Shown: piece after piece, positions 36,272 to 43,872 of the stretch
Layout: each line of letters opens with the position of its first letter
Numbering within the stretch: the first letter of the stretch is position 1
Assembly (NCBI GenBank): GCA_903842985.1
Contig: CAIMOB010000004.1
Coordinates: forward strand, 1-43,872
Source: an uncultured archaeon
Lineage (GTDB): Archaea; Nanobdellota; Nanobdellia; Woesearchaeales; CAIVOO01
Reading direction: 5' to 3'
DNA: 43,872 nucleotides
The notes under the pieces: generated by a model
What the model was told of the DNA's origin: nothing
Databases searched by the model: none
What the model saw: the letters and a program-made list of their open reading frames with translations, nothing else
Translations under genes and position numbers: made by a program

Positions 36272-36547
36272 CTACTTCCTGAACTTGGTCATATTCGGGG
36301 TTAATCTGCTGAAGGGGAACGGCCTTTTGTTTGTCACAAATGTCATGTATTTCAGGAAAACGTAGAATTGGGTGTTCCATATCTCGCAGAACTCTGCAAT
36401 CCTCTTGTTTCGCTTTGCCCTGAATATGGCAATGAGCCAGTTCACAATTATTAAAATCTGTATCAATGCTTTCCAAACACCCAGGATGATTCCTGTGACT
36501 ATTGCCACAATAATCCTCATCAGTGCTTCTTTTCTTTCGTGCTTCAT
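36272..36547 (-). CDS. DUF4389-like membrane protein
   Basis: IIVNWLIAIF...YMTFVTNKRPFPF motif. Confidence 0.75.
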   Translation of the reverse strand: MKHERKEALMRIIVAIVTGIILGVWKALIQILIIVNWLIAIFRAKRNKRIAEFCEIWNTQFYVFLKYMTFVTNKRPFPFSRLTPNMTKFRK

Positions 36548-36870
36548 TTTCTGCTCATGTTCGCCAGGCCCTGGAGAATAATGATGATTGACAGGACTGC
36601 GATGATTGCTGCGGATGCGATGAAATTGTAGATTGCAGTTTTAAGAACCATGCCTCTTATCATTATTGGAGGAAGGAGCTCTTTAGCCACTTCGTGACTA
36701 ATTGTGCCACTGCTTGTACTTACATTGAATACGCTAAGCAGCACTTCATCCCCTTCTTTGGCAGGACCCAGATAGTAATTATTTATGATAAAAATCGAGC
36801 AGACAATTGTCGTCAGCAGAATTATTATTCCAACGCAGACCTGAATTTTCCCAATTGTTTTCTCCTTCAT
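36544..36870 (-). CDS. 2-TM hypothetical membrane protein
   Basis: Two hydrophobic helices; stop overlaps the next ATG; ATG 36870 is 31 nt after TTTATATA. Confidence 0.65.
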   Translation of the reverse strand: MKEKTIGKIQVCVGIIILLTTIVCSIFIINNYYLGPAKEGDEVLLSVFNVSTSSGTISHEVAKELLPPIMIRGMVLKTAIYNFIASAAIIAVLSIIIILQGLANMSRK

Positions 36871-36943
36871 ATTTTCCAATTAACTAAACAGGGTATATAA
36901 ATTTTTGCCAAGATTTTTAAATAAATAAGTATTTACATATTGA

Positions 36944-37387
36944 ATGAAAAAGTGGCTTAAGCTGGTTTTGGCAATTGTTGCATGCGAGCTTGCCGGAGCT
37001 GTTGGTTCTATTTTTACCACGCCTGCAATTTCAACCTGGTATGCTTCGCTTGTCAAGCCTTCTTTTAATCCTCCAAACTGGATATTTTTTCCAGTCTGGA
37101 CAATTTTGTTTGCGTTGATGGGCATCGCGCTTTATCTTGCCTGGCCAAAGGGAAAATTAATTTTTGGAGCGCAGCTGCTCCTGAATATTCTGTGGTCTGT
37201 GCTGTTCTTTGGACTGCATTCGCCGCTCTTGGCTTTCATTGAGATAATCCTTCTTTGGATTGCAATTTTATCCACAATTATTGTATTTTACAGAACTTCA
37301 AAACAAGCTGCTTATCTTCTTGTTCCTTATATTTTATGGGTCAGCTTTGCAGCTGTGCTGAATCTTTTCATCGTAATATTAAATTAA
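36944..37387 (+). CDS. tspO: TspO/MBR tryptophan-rich sensory protein
   Basis: WYASLVKPSFNPPNWIFFPVW, LNILWS, LLVPYILWVSFA. Confidence 0.95.
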   Translation: MKKWLKLVLAIVACELAGAVGSIFTTPAISTWYASLVKPSFNPPNWIFFPVWTILFALMGIALYLAWPKGKLIFGAQLLLNILWSVLFFGLHSPLLAFIEIILLWIAILSTIIVFYRTSKQAAYLLVPYILWVSFAAVLNLFIVILN

Positions 37388-37406
37388 AAAATAAAAAATA
37401 AAGAAT

Positions 37407-37604
37407 TTATTTCTTTGTTGCGACATAAATCATCCAAAGCGCAGACAATCCGACCAATACGTAGACTATTTTGGCCAATACTGGTATTGAACCCAATAGC
37501 CAACTCACAAGGTCAAGATTGAATAACCCTACAAGACCCCAGTTCAAGCCGCCGATGATCACAAGAACAAGAGCAATCAAATCAATGACGCCTTTTTTTG
37601 CCAT
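37407..37604 (-). CDS. DUF378 domain membrane protein
   Basis: LVIIGGLNWGLVG.F..DLV...VYVLVGLSA; GGAGGTG SD upstream. Confidence 0.92.
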   Translation of the reverse strand: MAKKGVIDLIALVLVIIGGLNWGLVGLFNLDLVSWLLGSIPVLAKIVYVLVGLSALWMIYVATKK

Positions 37605-37653
37605 GTTGACACCTCCTTTTGATTGATTAGTATATTGAGGTTTATAAAGTTTT

Positions 37654-38697
37654 TTAGAATTGTCTTAAATCGTGCTCAACCATCCTTATGACTAATTCTT
37701 TGAATTTAACTTTAGGAGCCCAGTTTAATTCTTTCCTTGCCTTTGAGCTGTCGCCCAAAAGAAGGTCCACTTCAGCTGGCCTGTAGAATTTTGGATGCTT
37801 TATGACGTAGATTCCAGCCTGCTTTTTCAGCTCTTCAACCTTCTTATCTGCATCTGCTTCTGAAAGATTGTGCAAGTCCACTAATTCATATTTGCAGTTG
37901 ATATGCTCAAATCCCAAATCCAAGAATTCCTTGACACTGTGGGTTTCGCCTGTTGCCAAAACATAGTCGTCTGGAGTATTCTGCTGCAGCATTTTCCACA
38001 TTGCCTCTACATAATCCTCTGAATGCCCCCAATCTCTTCTGGAGTCAAGGTTTCCGAGGATTAAAACATTTGTTTTTCCTTTCTTGATGTCAGCAATGCC
38101 TGCTGATATTTTTCTTGACACGAATTCCTTCCCCCTTCTTTCACCTGCATGGTTGTATGATATTCCTGAGCAGGCGAACATCCCGTATGATTCCCTGTAA
38201 TTTCTTACTAATTCGAATCCTGCTATCTTGCTTATGCCATAAGGAGACCTTGGATGGAATCTTGTTGTCTCCTTCTGCGGCGATTCAACGACCTTGCCGA
38301 ACATCTCTGAGCTTGCTGCAAAGTAGATTTTGCATTTTGGCGCCCGGTTGTGAACTGCTGACAGAACATGATACGTCCCCTTGATGTTTGTTTCAAATGT
38401 TGAGAAGCCGTCTTCAAAGCTCTGCGCAACAAAACTTTGTGCTGCCAAATGATATAACTCATCTGGCTTTACTTTGTCCACTATGTTTATTAAACTTGAA
38501 TAGCTTTCAAGGCTTCCGTAGTGCAGGTGAAAATTCGGGTTGCCTATGAGATGCTTTATCCTGCTTAGCCTATTATCCTGGTCTTCTATCCCGACCCTTC
38601 TTATTATTCCGTGGACTTCGTAGCCTTTTTTAAGAAGAAATTCTGATAAGTAACTGCCATCCTGTCCAGTTATTCCTGTGATAAGTGCTTTCTTCAT
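37654..38697 (-). CDS. gmd: GDP-mannose 4,6-dehydratase
   Basis: ITGITGQDGSYL, LAAQSFV, SSEMFG, SPYGISK, RDWGH, RPAEVDLLLGD. Confidence 0.97.
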   Translation of the reverse strand: MKKALITGITGQDGSYLSEFLLKKGYEVHGIIRRVGIEDQDNRLSRIKHLIGNPNFHLHYGSLESYSSLINIVDKVKPDELYHLAAQSFVAQSFEDGFSTFETNIKGTYHVLSAVHNRAPKCKIYFAASSEMFGKVVESPQKETTRFHPRSPYGISKIAGFELVRNYRESYGMFACSGISYNHAGERRGKEFVSRKISAGIADIKKGKTNVLILGNLDSRRDWGHSEDYVEAMWKMLQQNTPDDYVLATGETHSVKEFLDLGFEHINCKYELVDLHNLSEADADKKVEELKKQAGIYVIKHPKFYRPAEVDLLLGDSSKARKELNWAPKVKFKELVIRMVEHDLRQF

Positions 38698-38768
38698 ATT
38701 CCCCCAGCTCTTTTGAAACTTGATATAGTATATAAAGTTTTTTAAATAGGGCTATATTAAATATCTTT

Positions 38769-39422
38769 ATGATTAAGGCAGTAATCTTTGATTTGGACAA
38801 CACTCTTATTGACTTCATGAAGATGAAGCGGAAATCTGTTTCTGGTGCTGTTCGGGCAATGATTAATGCCGGGCTTCGTTTGAATCAAGCCAAAGCTGAG
38901 AAGATTATGTATTCGCTTTATGATGAGTACGGGATTGAGTACAGCAGAATATTCCAGAAGTTCCTTCTGAAGGTCGGGAAAATTGACTACAGGATTTTAT
39001 CTGCAGGCATTGTCGCTTACAGAAAAGTGCAGTTGGGATTTTTGGAGCCTTACCCAAAGGTTGTTCCGACACTTTTGAAATTGAAGCAGAAGGGACTGAA
39101 GTTAGCAATTGTTTCAGACGCACCCAGATTAAAGGCTTGGATGCGTCTTACTGAACTTGGGATTGCTGACTTCTTTGAAACAGTTGTTGCATTTGGCGAT
39201 GTTGCAGAGAAGAAGCCTTCTAGATTGCCTTTTGAAAAGGCTTTGAAGCAGCTGAATGTTCATCCTTCTGAAGCGCTGATGGTCGGGGACAATTATTCCC
39301 GCGACATTCTTGGCGCCCGAAAACTGGGGATGAAGACCTGCTTTGCAAAATACGGAGCCTTAGAGGACGGAAAAGCTGACTTTGTGATTAAGAAGTTTGA
39401 GGAGATTCTTAGGATTGTTTAG
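38769..39422 (+). CDS. HAD-superfamily hydrolase
   Basis: FDLDNTL, VSD, KKP, MVGD...DILGA. Confidence 0.93.
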   Translation: MIKAVIFDLDNTLIDFMKMKRKSVSGAVRAMINAGLRLNQAKAEKIMYSLYDEYGIEYSRIFQKFLLKVGKIDYRILSAGIVAYRKVQLGFLEPYPKVVPTLLKLKQKGLKLAIVSDAPRLKAWMRLTELGIADFFETVVAFGDVAEKKPSRLPFEKALKQLNVHPSEALMVGDNYSRDILGARKLGMKTCFAKYGALEDGKADFVIKKFEEILRIV

Positions 39423-39670
39423 GATTTGTAAACATTCTTTCTGTGGCCTATCTTGATGACGAGAATTAGCAATTTATCATTTTGAATATTTAAGATAATC
39501 CGATAATCGCCGACTCTCAAACTGTAGCGAGGGTCGCCGACAAGCCTTTTGACATACGCTTGGGGTCTTATCCTTATTCGTTCCAGTGCAATTAGTATTC
39601 TCTCTTTTATGTTGTGCTCAAGGCTTTCGAGCTGCTTTAATGCATCAGAGGAGTATTTTATCTCGTACAT
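39419..39670 (-). CDS. RelE/ParE family toxin
   Basis: YEIKYSSDALKQL...LRVGDYRII...IGHRKNVY. Confidence 0.93.
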   Translation of the reverse strand: MYEIKYSSDALKQLESLEHNIKERILIALERIRIRPQAYVKRLVGDPRYSLRVGDYRIILNIQNDKLLILVIKIGHRKNVYKS

Positions 39671-39889
39671 TTAAAACCCCAATTTTTTCTTTACCTCTTC
39701 GTGCGTATAGAATTTTCCAGCCTTTATTTCAGCTTCTGCTTTCTCTATGTCTCTCTTTGTCTCATCGCTGAGTTCCATTGTGTCCTCTATAATGCCCCAG
39801 ATGACGTCTTCGTAGCTTTCCTTTTCAAAGAGCTTTCTTTTCTTTAGCTCTTTCAATAGGTCAGCGCTTACCTGTATTGTTGTTGCCAT
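39671..39889 (-). CDS. cognate antitoxin (RHH-like N-terminus)
   Basis: MATTIQVS..L...K...ESYEDVIW...YTHEEVKKKLG; abuts the toxin ATG; true start 39889. Confidence 0.85.
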   Translation of the reverse strand: MATTIQVSADLLKELKKRKLFEKESYEDVIWGIIEDTMELSDETKRDIEKAEAEIKAGKFYTHEEVKKKLGF

Positions 39890-39951
39890 AGCAGGCATAT
39901 AAGTTGCTATAGTATTTAAAGGTTTTGTTTCCATGAGAGATATTATAAATT

Positions 39952-39990
39952 TGGAGTATATAAGCAAGCGTTGTAGTGTTTGCTACTACA
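39952..39990. repeat. TA-upstream element copy 1
   Basis: TGGAGTATATAAGCAAGCGTTGTAG (23/25 identical to 41323-41347), followed by the inverted repeat TGTAGT-N7-ACTACA. Confidence 0.8.
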
Positions 39991-40042
39991 CATAAATCTT
40001 TATATATTGCCTGCTGTTGCTTTTTGCTAAAGAGGGATTGTT

Positions 40043-40762
40043 TTGGAAGTCACTGTCATCGCATCCGGAAGCAACGGGAATTGCTGCCTAGTTGAGGAAA
40101 AAGGCGTTTCTATCCTTATTGATGCAGGCAAAAGCGGGAGAGAAATAGAAAGACGGATGAATTCTTTGGGCAAAAGCCTGGAAAATGTTGACGGATGCAT
40201 TATCACGCACGGGCATACAGACCATATCCGGGGTGCAGAAGTGATATCAAGAAGATACGGCATTCCGCTGTATGTCAGCAGGCAGGCTGAATTTTTATTA
40301 TCTGGCGCTGTAAAGGAGTTTGACGGTAATTTTAAAATTAAAGGCGTTGAGGTTAAGCCGGTTTTAACTTCGCATAATGTTCCGTCTTCAGGATTTGTCA
40401 TAGGAAAGTTCGGGCTGTTCACAGACACAGGCATGGTGACGCCGGAGATGGACTCTGCCATGGGAAATTTAAATGCTGTTCTGCTGGAATCAAATCATGA
40501 CATAGAAATGCTCAGGAATGGGCGCTATCCCCGTTTCCTTAAGAACTGGATTCTTTCTGACACAGGGCACTTAAGCAATGAAACAGCAAGCTCGCTTATA
40601 CAAAATAAAGGGAAGAATCTTTCTTTGGTTTTATTAGGCCATCTGTCCGGCAATAACAATACGCCTCAGCTTGCAGAGGAGACATTCGAAAGAATAGTCA
40701 AAAGAAAGATAGACTGTGCAGTGTGCTCAAGAGAAAAGGAAAGCGGCAGCTGGGGATTCTGA
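40043..40762 (+). CDS. metallo-beta-lactamase fold hydrolase (YycJ/WalJ-like)
   Basis: ASGSNGN, IDAG, THGHTDH, TDTG, ESNHD, GHLSN, GHLS; TTG start. Confidence 0.9.
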   Translation: MEVTVIASGSNGNCCLVEEKGVSILIDAGKSGREIERRMNSLGKSLENVDGCIITHGHTDHIRGAEVISRRYGIPLYVSRQAEFLLSGAVKEFDGNFKIKGVEVKPVLTSHNVPSSGFVIGKFGLFTDTGMVTPEMDSAMGNLNAVLLESNHDIEMLRNGRYPRFLKNWILSDTGHLSNETASSLIQNKGKNLSLVLLGHLSGNNNTPQLAEETFERIVKRKIDCAVCSREKESGSWGF

Positions 40763-40764
40763 GA

Positions 40765-41025
40765 CTAATGCCTATAAATATTGTCATGGTGGTCGTAATC
40801 AAGTATAATTATCTCCTTTTCATTAATTTCATAAATCAGTACAAATGACTTATCAATATGAACTCTTCTTATTCCGGACATATCCCCCCGCAATGGCTTG
40901 AAATGATACGGATTTTCAAGTATTTGCTGAATTTTCTTTGATATTATCTCCATTTGTTTTGGATTTTTCTTTTTCAGCTTTAAAAATATTTTATCAACAT
41001 CCGGCTTTATTTTTATAGAATACAT
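40765..41025 (-). CDS. RelE/YafQ-like toxin
   Basis: ILENPYHFKPLRGDMSGIRRVHIDKSFVLIY...DHHDNIY. Confidence 0.88.
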   Translation of the reverse strand: MYSIKIKPDVDKIFLKLKKKNPKQMEIISKKIQQILENPYHFKPLRGDMSGIRRVHIDKSFVLIYEINEKEIIILDYDHHDNIYRH

Positions 41026-41026
41026 T

Positions 41027-41260
41027 TCATTTCAGGCTGTACCTCTTCCTTAAGTCCGCCATACTGCTGATATGTATTGCCTTTTGCTTGCTGATTCTCT
41101 CAAGCTTCTTCAAATATTCATCCCTTACTTTAGGCTCTTCCTCAATCTGCGATTCCATGAATATCTCCACTTGCTTGCTCATGCTAATCCCGTGTTCCTT
41201 GCAAAATCCTGAAAATTTGCGGTACACTTCCTCCTGAACATTGAATGTTTTCAATACCAT
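41027..41260 (-). CDS. cognate antitoxin (RHH-like)
   Basis: LKTFNVQEEVYRKFSGFCKEHGISMSKQVEIFM: strand-helix-helix; 1 nt from the toxin. Confidence 0.8.
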   Translation of the reverse strand: MVLKTFNVQEEVYRKFSGFCKEHGISMSKQVEIFMESQIEEEPKVRDEYLKKLERISKQKAIHISSMADLRKRYSLK

Positions 41261-41290
41261 GTTATTTAACCTTAAATAAGGTTATTTAAC
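41261..41290. promoter_or_regulatory. probable antitoxin operator array
   Basis: GTTATTTAAC-CTTAAATAAG-GTTATTTAAC: three alternating TTATTTAA half-sites between the TATA box and the ATG. Confidence 0.65.
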
Positions 41291-41322
41291 ATGTATTTAA
41301 ACCTTTCTGTATGTTAGAAGTC

Positions 41323-41360
41323 TGGAGTATATAAAGAAGCGTTGTAGCGATCACTACAAC
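41323..41360. repeat. TA-upstream element copy 2
   Basis: TGGAGTATATAAAGAAGCGTTGTAG, continuing into the near-perfect palindrome GTTGTAGCGATCACTACAAC (41341-41360). Confidence 0.8.
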
Positions 41361-41397
41361 AGCAAGATTTTAATATATCCTTATGCACCCAATTCAT

Positions 41398-41478
41398 ATG
41401 AAATCTAAAAAATCTAAGAAAAGTTGGTTTGGCTGCCTGAAAGGGGTAAAGAAGTTTACCAAGAAGGATGAATTTTGA
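41398..41478 (+). CDS. 26-aa micro-ORF or antitoxin remnant
   Basis: MKSKKSKKSWFGCLKGVKKFTKKDEF*; a TTTTAATA box starts 30 nt upstream. Confidence 0.3.
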   Translation: MKSKKSKKSWFGCLKGVKKFTKKDEF

Positions 41479-41484
41479 TTAAAT

Positions 41485-41844
41485 CTATTCTATTTTTCTC
41501 TCCTCTGTTTTTCTTATGAACTTATTTATGCTTATTTTTTTGCTCGGAAAATCATCAACATTATAGCGAATGTCGCTATCAAAATTGCAAACAACATACT
41601 TTAATTTCTTTGTGAGAAACCAGATTATCTGCTCATAGTATTCCGGCAGGCATTGCACGCAATAACCCTTGCCAAGATAGTTTCCTTTCTTTATTTTTGT
41701 TCCAATGAGGCTTTCAGCAAATTTTTTTGCTTTTATCGTGTCTTTTTCAAACTCTTCCCTTTCCACATTTTTGCCCAGTAAAGTTTCTTCATGCTCGCCT
41801 TCACACCAGTCGTATTCTATTTTGAAAATATTTAATTCATTCAT
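41485..41844 (-). CDS. hypothetical protein
   Basis: 119-aa ORF with GGGGTG SD; upstream palindrome GTATC-GATT-GATAC. Confidence 0.65.
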   Translation of the reverse strand: MNELNIFKIEYDWCEGEHEETLLGKNVEREEFEKDTIKAKKFAESLIGTKIKKGNYLGKGYCVQCLPEYYEQIIWFLTKKLKYVVCNFDSDIRYNVDDFPSKKISINKFIRKTEERKIE

Positions 41845-41961
41845 TTAGCACCCCTTTGATATTGTGTTTTGGTATCGATTGATACTAATAAGGTATCGTT
41901 TATGCATCTTTTTGGTTTTTAGAAGAGATTTGGGCTTTTATATATGTTGCGGGAGGATGTC

Positions 41962-43033
41962 CAGTGGTCAACCCAGAGGTGACTACTTTTTCTTTGTTTT
42001 GTAGTCACCCAGTTTTTTCTTCAGTTCCTTATATTCTTTAATATAAAGCCTTACTGTTGGCTTTAAATCATGGTTTTTCTCATAAAACTGCAATGATTCA
42101 TAATACTCTGCCCTGTTTTTGAAATCTATGTTTATTGGCGGCAAGCTGTGTTTGATGAGTATGTTATTTAATAGTATTCTTCCAACCCTCCCATTCCCGT
42201 CCCTGAATGGATGAATATTCTCAAATTGGTTATGGACAACCGCCCCAAGAATCAGCCCCGGATATTTGTTTTTGTTATTGCTGTACCACTCAACCAATTC
42301 GCGCAGAAGATGGCTTATTCTCGCCTGCGGCGCGCCTTCATGGACAACATTTCCTCTGCTGTCCATTACAACAACTTCTTCGCCTTTTTTCCTAAGTTTC
42401 CCGGCGAATGGCTTGGAATTCTTGAATATGATTTTATGTATTTTTTTAATAAGCTCCAATGAAATATGCTCTTTTATGATTCGGGTATGTGAAATTGCCT
42501 CATCCACCCCAAATGCCTCGGCAATGTCCTCCTTTGATTTGTTTGGCCATTTGTCTTTTTCCAGCAGATCCTTGACCTCTTCCTGGCTTAGTTTGCTTCC
42601 TTCTATTGCGTTGGTATTGTAAGTGAATATTTTTGAGAATTCCTTCCAATCCCCTTCTGACAAATGGCTTATTTTTAGCGGTATCTGGGCTTCAAGTTTC
42701 TTTATTAAATTTATTTCCTCCTTTGAAAGCTCTACTTTGAGCGGGTCTTTTATTATTTTGTACCTGTGTATCTCCTCCAGGATGAGCTTTTCAGCTATTT
42801 TTTTTCTTTCGTTCAGCTTTGTTAAGTCATGGCCCAGGTATTTCCTGAATTTGTGGACTTTCGTGCCTTCCCTATATGAATATGCGAGGTAATATTTTAT
42901 TCCCTTCCCGGACTTTCTTTTTTCTATATGCATACTAATGTTATAGGTGACTACATATTTAAACTTTTTGGTTTTGGGTGACTACATTTGGGTTGGTTTG
43001 TAGTCACACTATCTTCTGGCAGTGGTCAACCCA
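41962..43033. repeat. repeat-bounded Fic unit: 14-bp direct repeat and GTGACTAC-N14-GTAGTCAC sites
   Basis: CAGTGGTCAACCCA at 41962-41975 and 43020-43033; IR sites at 41978-42009 and 42977-43007; extra half-site GGTGACTACAT at 42946-42956. Confidence 0.85.
41983..42933 (-). CDS. Fic family protein with N-terminal putative DNA-binding domain
   Basis: Canonical HPFRDGNGRVGR; internal inhibitory motif TNAIEGS; N-terminal YYLAYSYREG.KV...KYLG. Confidence 0.93.
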   Translation of the reverse strand: MHIEKRKSGKGIKYYLAYSYREGTKVHKFRKYLGHDLTKLNERKKIAEKLILEEIHRYKIIKDPLKVELSKEEINLIKKLEAQIPLKISHLSEGDWKEFSKIFTYNTNAIEGSKLSQEEVKDLLEKDKWPNKSKEDIAEAFGVDEAISHTRIIKEHISLELIKKIHKIIFKNSKPFAGKLRKKGEEVVVMDSRGNVVHEGAPQARISHLLRELVEWYSNNKNKYPGLILGAVVHNQFENIHPFRDGNGRVGRILLNNILIKHSLPPINIDFKNRAEYYESLQFYEKNHDLKPTVRLYIKEYKELKKKLGDYKTKKK

Positions 43034-43663
43034 TTTGCAGAAGCCGCAGTCTTCTGAAGGTTTTGGCATTGGATTTTTTAGAATTTGAATTGCTTCCCTG
43101 AAGATATTTTCCGCGTTCTTTATATTGACTGGCATCTTGATTAAGTCTGTGTGGAAGACAACATCTCCGCTCTTATTGACTTTTTCCGGATGGTAGAATA
43201 AGAGGTAGCTGTAATCCTCTGTTTCGTAGCTGTTTTTTCTTAATAAGAAGTTGTAGATGTCCAGCTGGTCCCTGTAATGCTCTGTTGTGTCTTCCTTCAC
43301 TGGGAAGCCCCGGGTTTTGAAGTCCAATACTATTAGCTTGTTTCCCTTTTTTAACAAGCAGTCAACTGCTCCTCTGAAGAGGTTTCCAGCTTCATCTGTC
43401 CAGGGGATGCCTTTGAAGTTGTTCCTCCAGATATCTAATAGTTCTTTGTTATTGAATAGGGTTACGCCTTTCAATTCCTTCAGCACTGGCGGAAGCTTTT
43501 CTCCGAATGAGTCAAAATATGCTTTAAGTATCTTGTCCATGCCAGATGGCAAGGAGGGGAAGATTGAGTCTGGGCGCTTGATATTCTTATTGAATTGTAG
43601 CCAGAAGCAGCGCGGGCAGTCTTTCAGCAAGCTTAAAGATGATGGGCTGAATTTGTGTGGCAT
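43004..43663 (-). CDS. PD-(D/E)XK nuclease, Cas4/RecB-like with 4-Cys Fe-S staple
   Basis: SPSSL..CPRC, GAVD, LDFKT, QLDIY, CGFCKWVDHC; true start ATG 43663. Confidence 0.88.
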   Translation of the reverse strand: MPHKFSPSSLSLLKDCPRCFWLQFNKNIKRPDSIFPSLPSGMDKILKAYFDSFGEKLPPVLKELKGVTLFNNKELLDIWRNNFKGIPWTDEAGNLFRGAVDCLLKKGNKLIVLDFKTRGFPVKEDTTEHYRDQLDIYNFLLRKNSYETEDYSYLLFYHPEKVNKSGDVVFHTDLIKMPVNIKNAENIFREAIQILKNPMPKPSEDCGFCKWVDHCQKIV

Positions 43664-43774
43664 TTCTTGTATAAAAATCATAGTATTTATAAGTATTATG
43701 CCCGTAGCTGTACTGTGGGAGTGGTGCACAAAATCAAAATCTTTATATATTGGTGTATATTTACTGTATATACA

Positions 43775-43872
43775 ATGAATATCGAAAACATAAAACGAAG
43801 GAAAAATGGAAGCAGCAAGTCAGTTCTAATAACAATCAGGATAACTCCAAAGATGTCTAAATGGCTTAAAGA
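43775..43872 (+). CDS. 3'-truncated ORF, possible RHH DNA-binding protein
   Basis: MNIENIKRRKNGSSKSVLITIRITPKMSKWLK... runs off the window; TTTATATA box 33 nt upstream. Confidence 0.5.
   Translation, partial: MNIENIKRRKNGSSKSVLITIRITPKMSKWLK

Noticed and set aside
41341-41360. Integron attC site
   Set aside because: GTT...AAC are in the opposite order to attC (RYYYAAC...GTTRRRY), the element is too short, and no integrase is visible.
41949-41977. tRNA fragment (GTCCAGTGGTCA resembles a D-loop)
   Set aside because: No acceptor, anticodon or T-arm can be folded around it.
43004-43663. CRISPR-Cas adaptation module
   Set aside because: No repeat-spacer array, cas1 or cas2 anywhere in the window.

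Overview
This is a gene-dense archaeal chromosomal segment (standard code 11). It has BRE/TATA promoters about 27-35 nt upstream of mostly leaderless starts, archease, PINA ATPase, Nre and RNase HII with PCNA PIP boxes, an archaeal initiator tRNA carrying a BHB intron, and a class III signal-peptide pilin. Gene content and style suggest a DPANN (Woesearchaeota-like) genome; this is inference. Core genes (smc, rnhB, alaS, archease, nre, gmd, three tRNAs) are interleaved with singly promoted orphan genes. The right end (39.4-43.9 kb) is an accessory cluster with two RelE-type TA pairs, a Fic gene and a Cas4-like nuclease. Most notable observations: (1) an MltD-like lytic transglycosylase with a LysM domain, i.e. 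a peptidoglycan-cutting enzyme in an archaeon; (2) a Fic gene bracketed by matching GTGACTAC-N14-GTAGTCAC inverted-repeat sites and a 14-bp direct repeat, resembling a recombinase-free mini-cassette; (3) a tRNA-Gly with a non-canonical T-loop and a duplicated 3' end; (4) a 31.4-36.2 kb cluster of three antitoxin-less PIN-fold proteins (one HARP/protein-only RNase P-like), a degenerate JAB/MPN-like protein and two unannotated micro-ORFs; (5) a 25-bp element found exactly 63 bp upstream of both unrelated TA operons. No CRISPR array, rRNA or transposase was seen. All family assignments come from motif recognition by eye, not from database searches.
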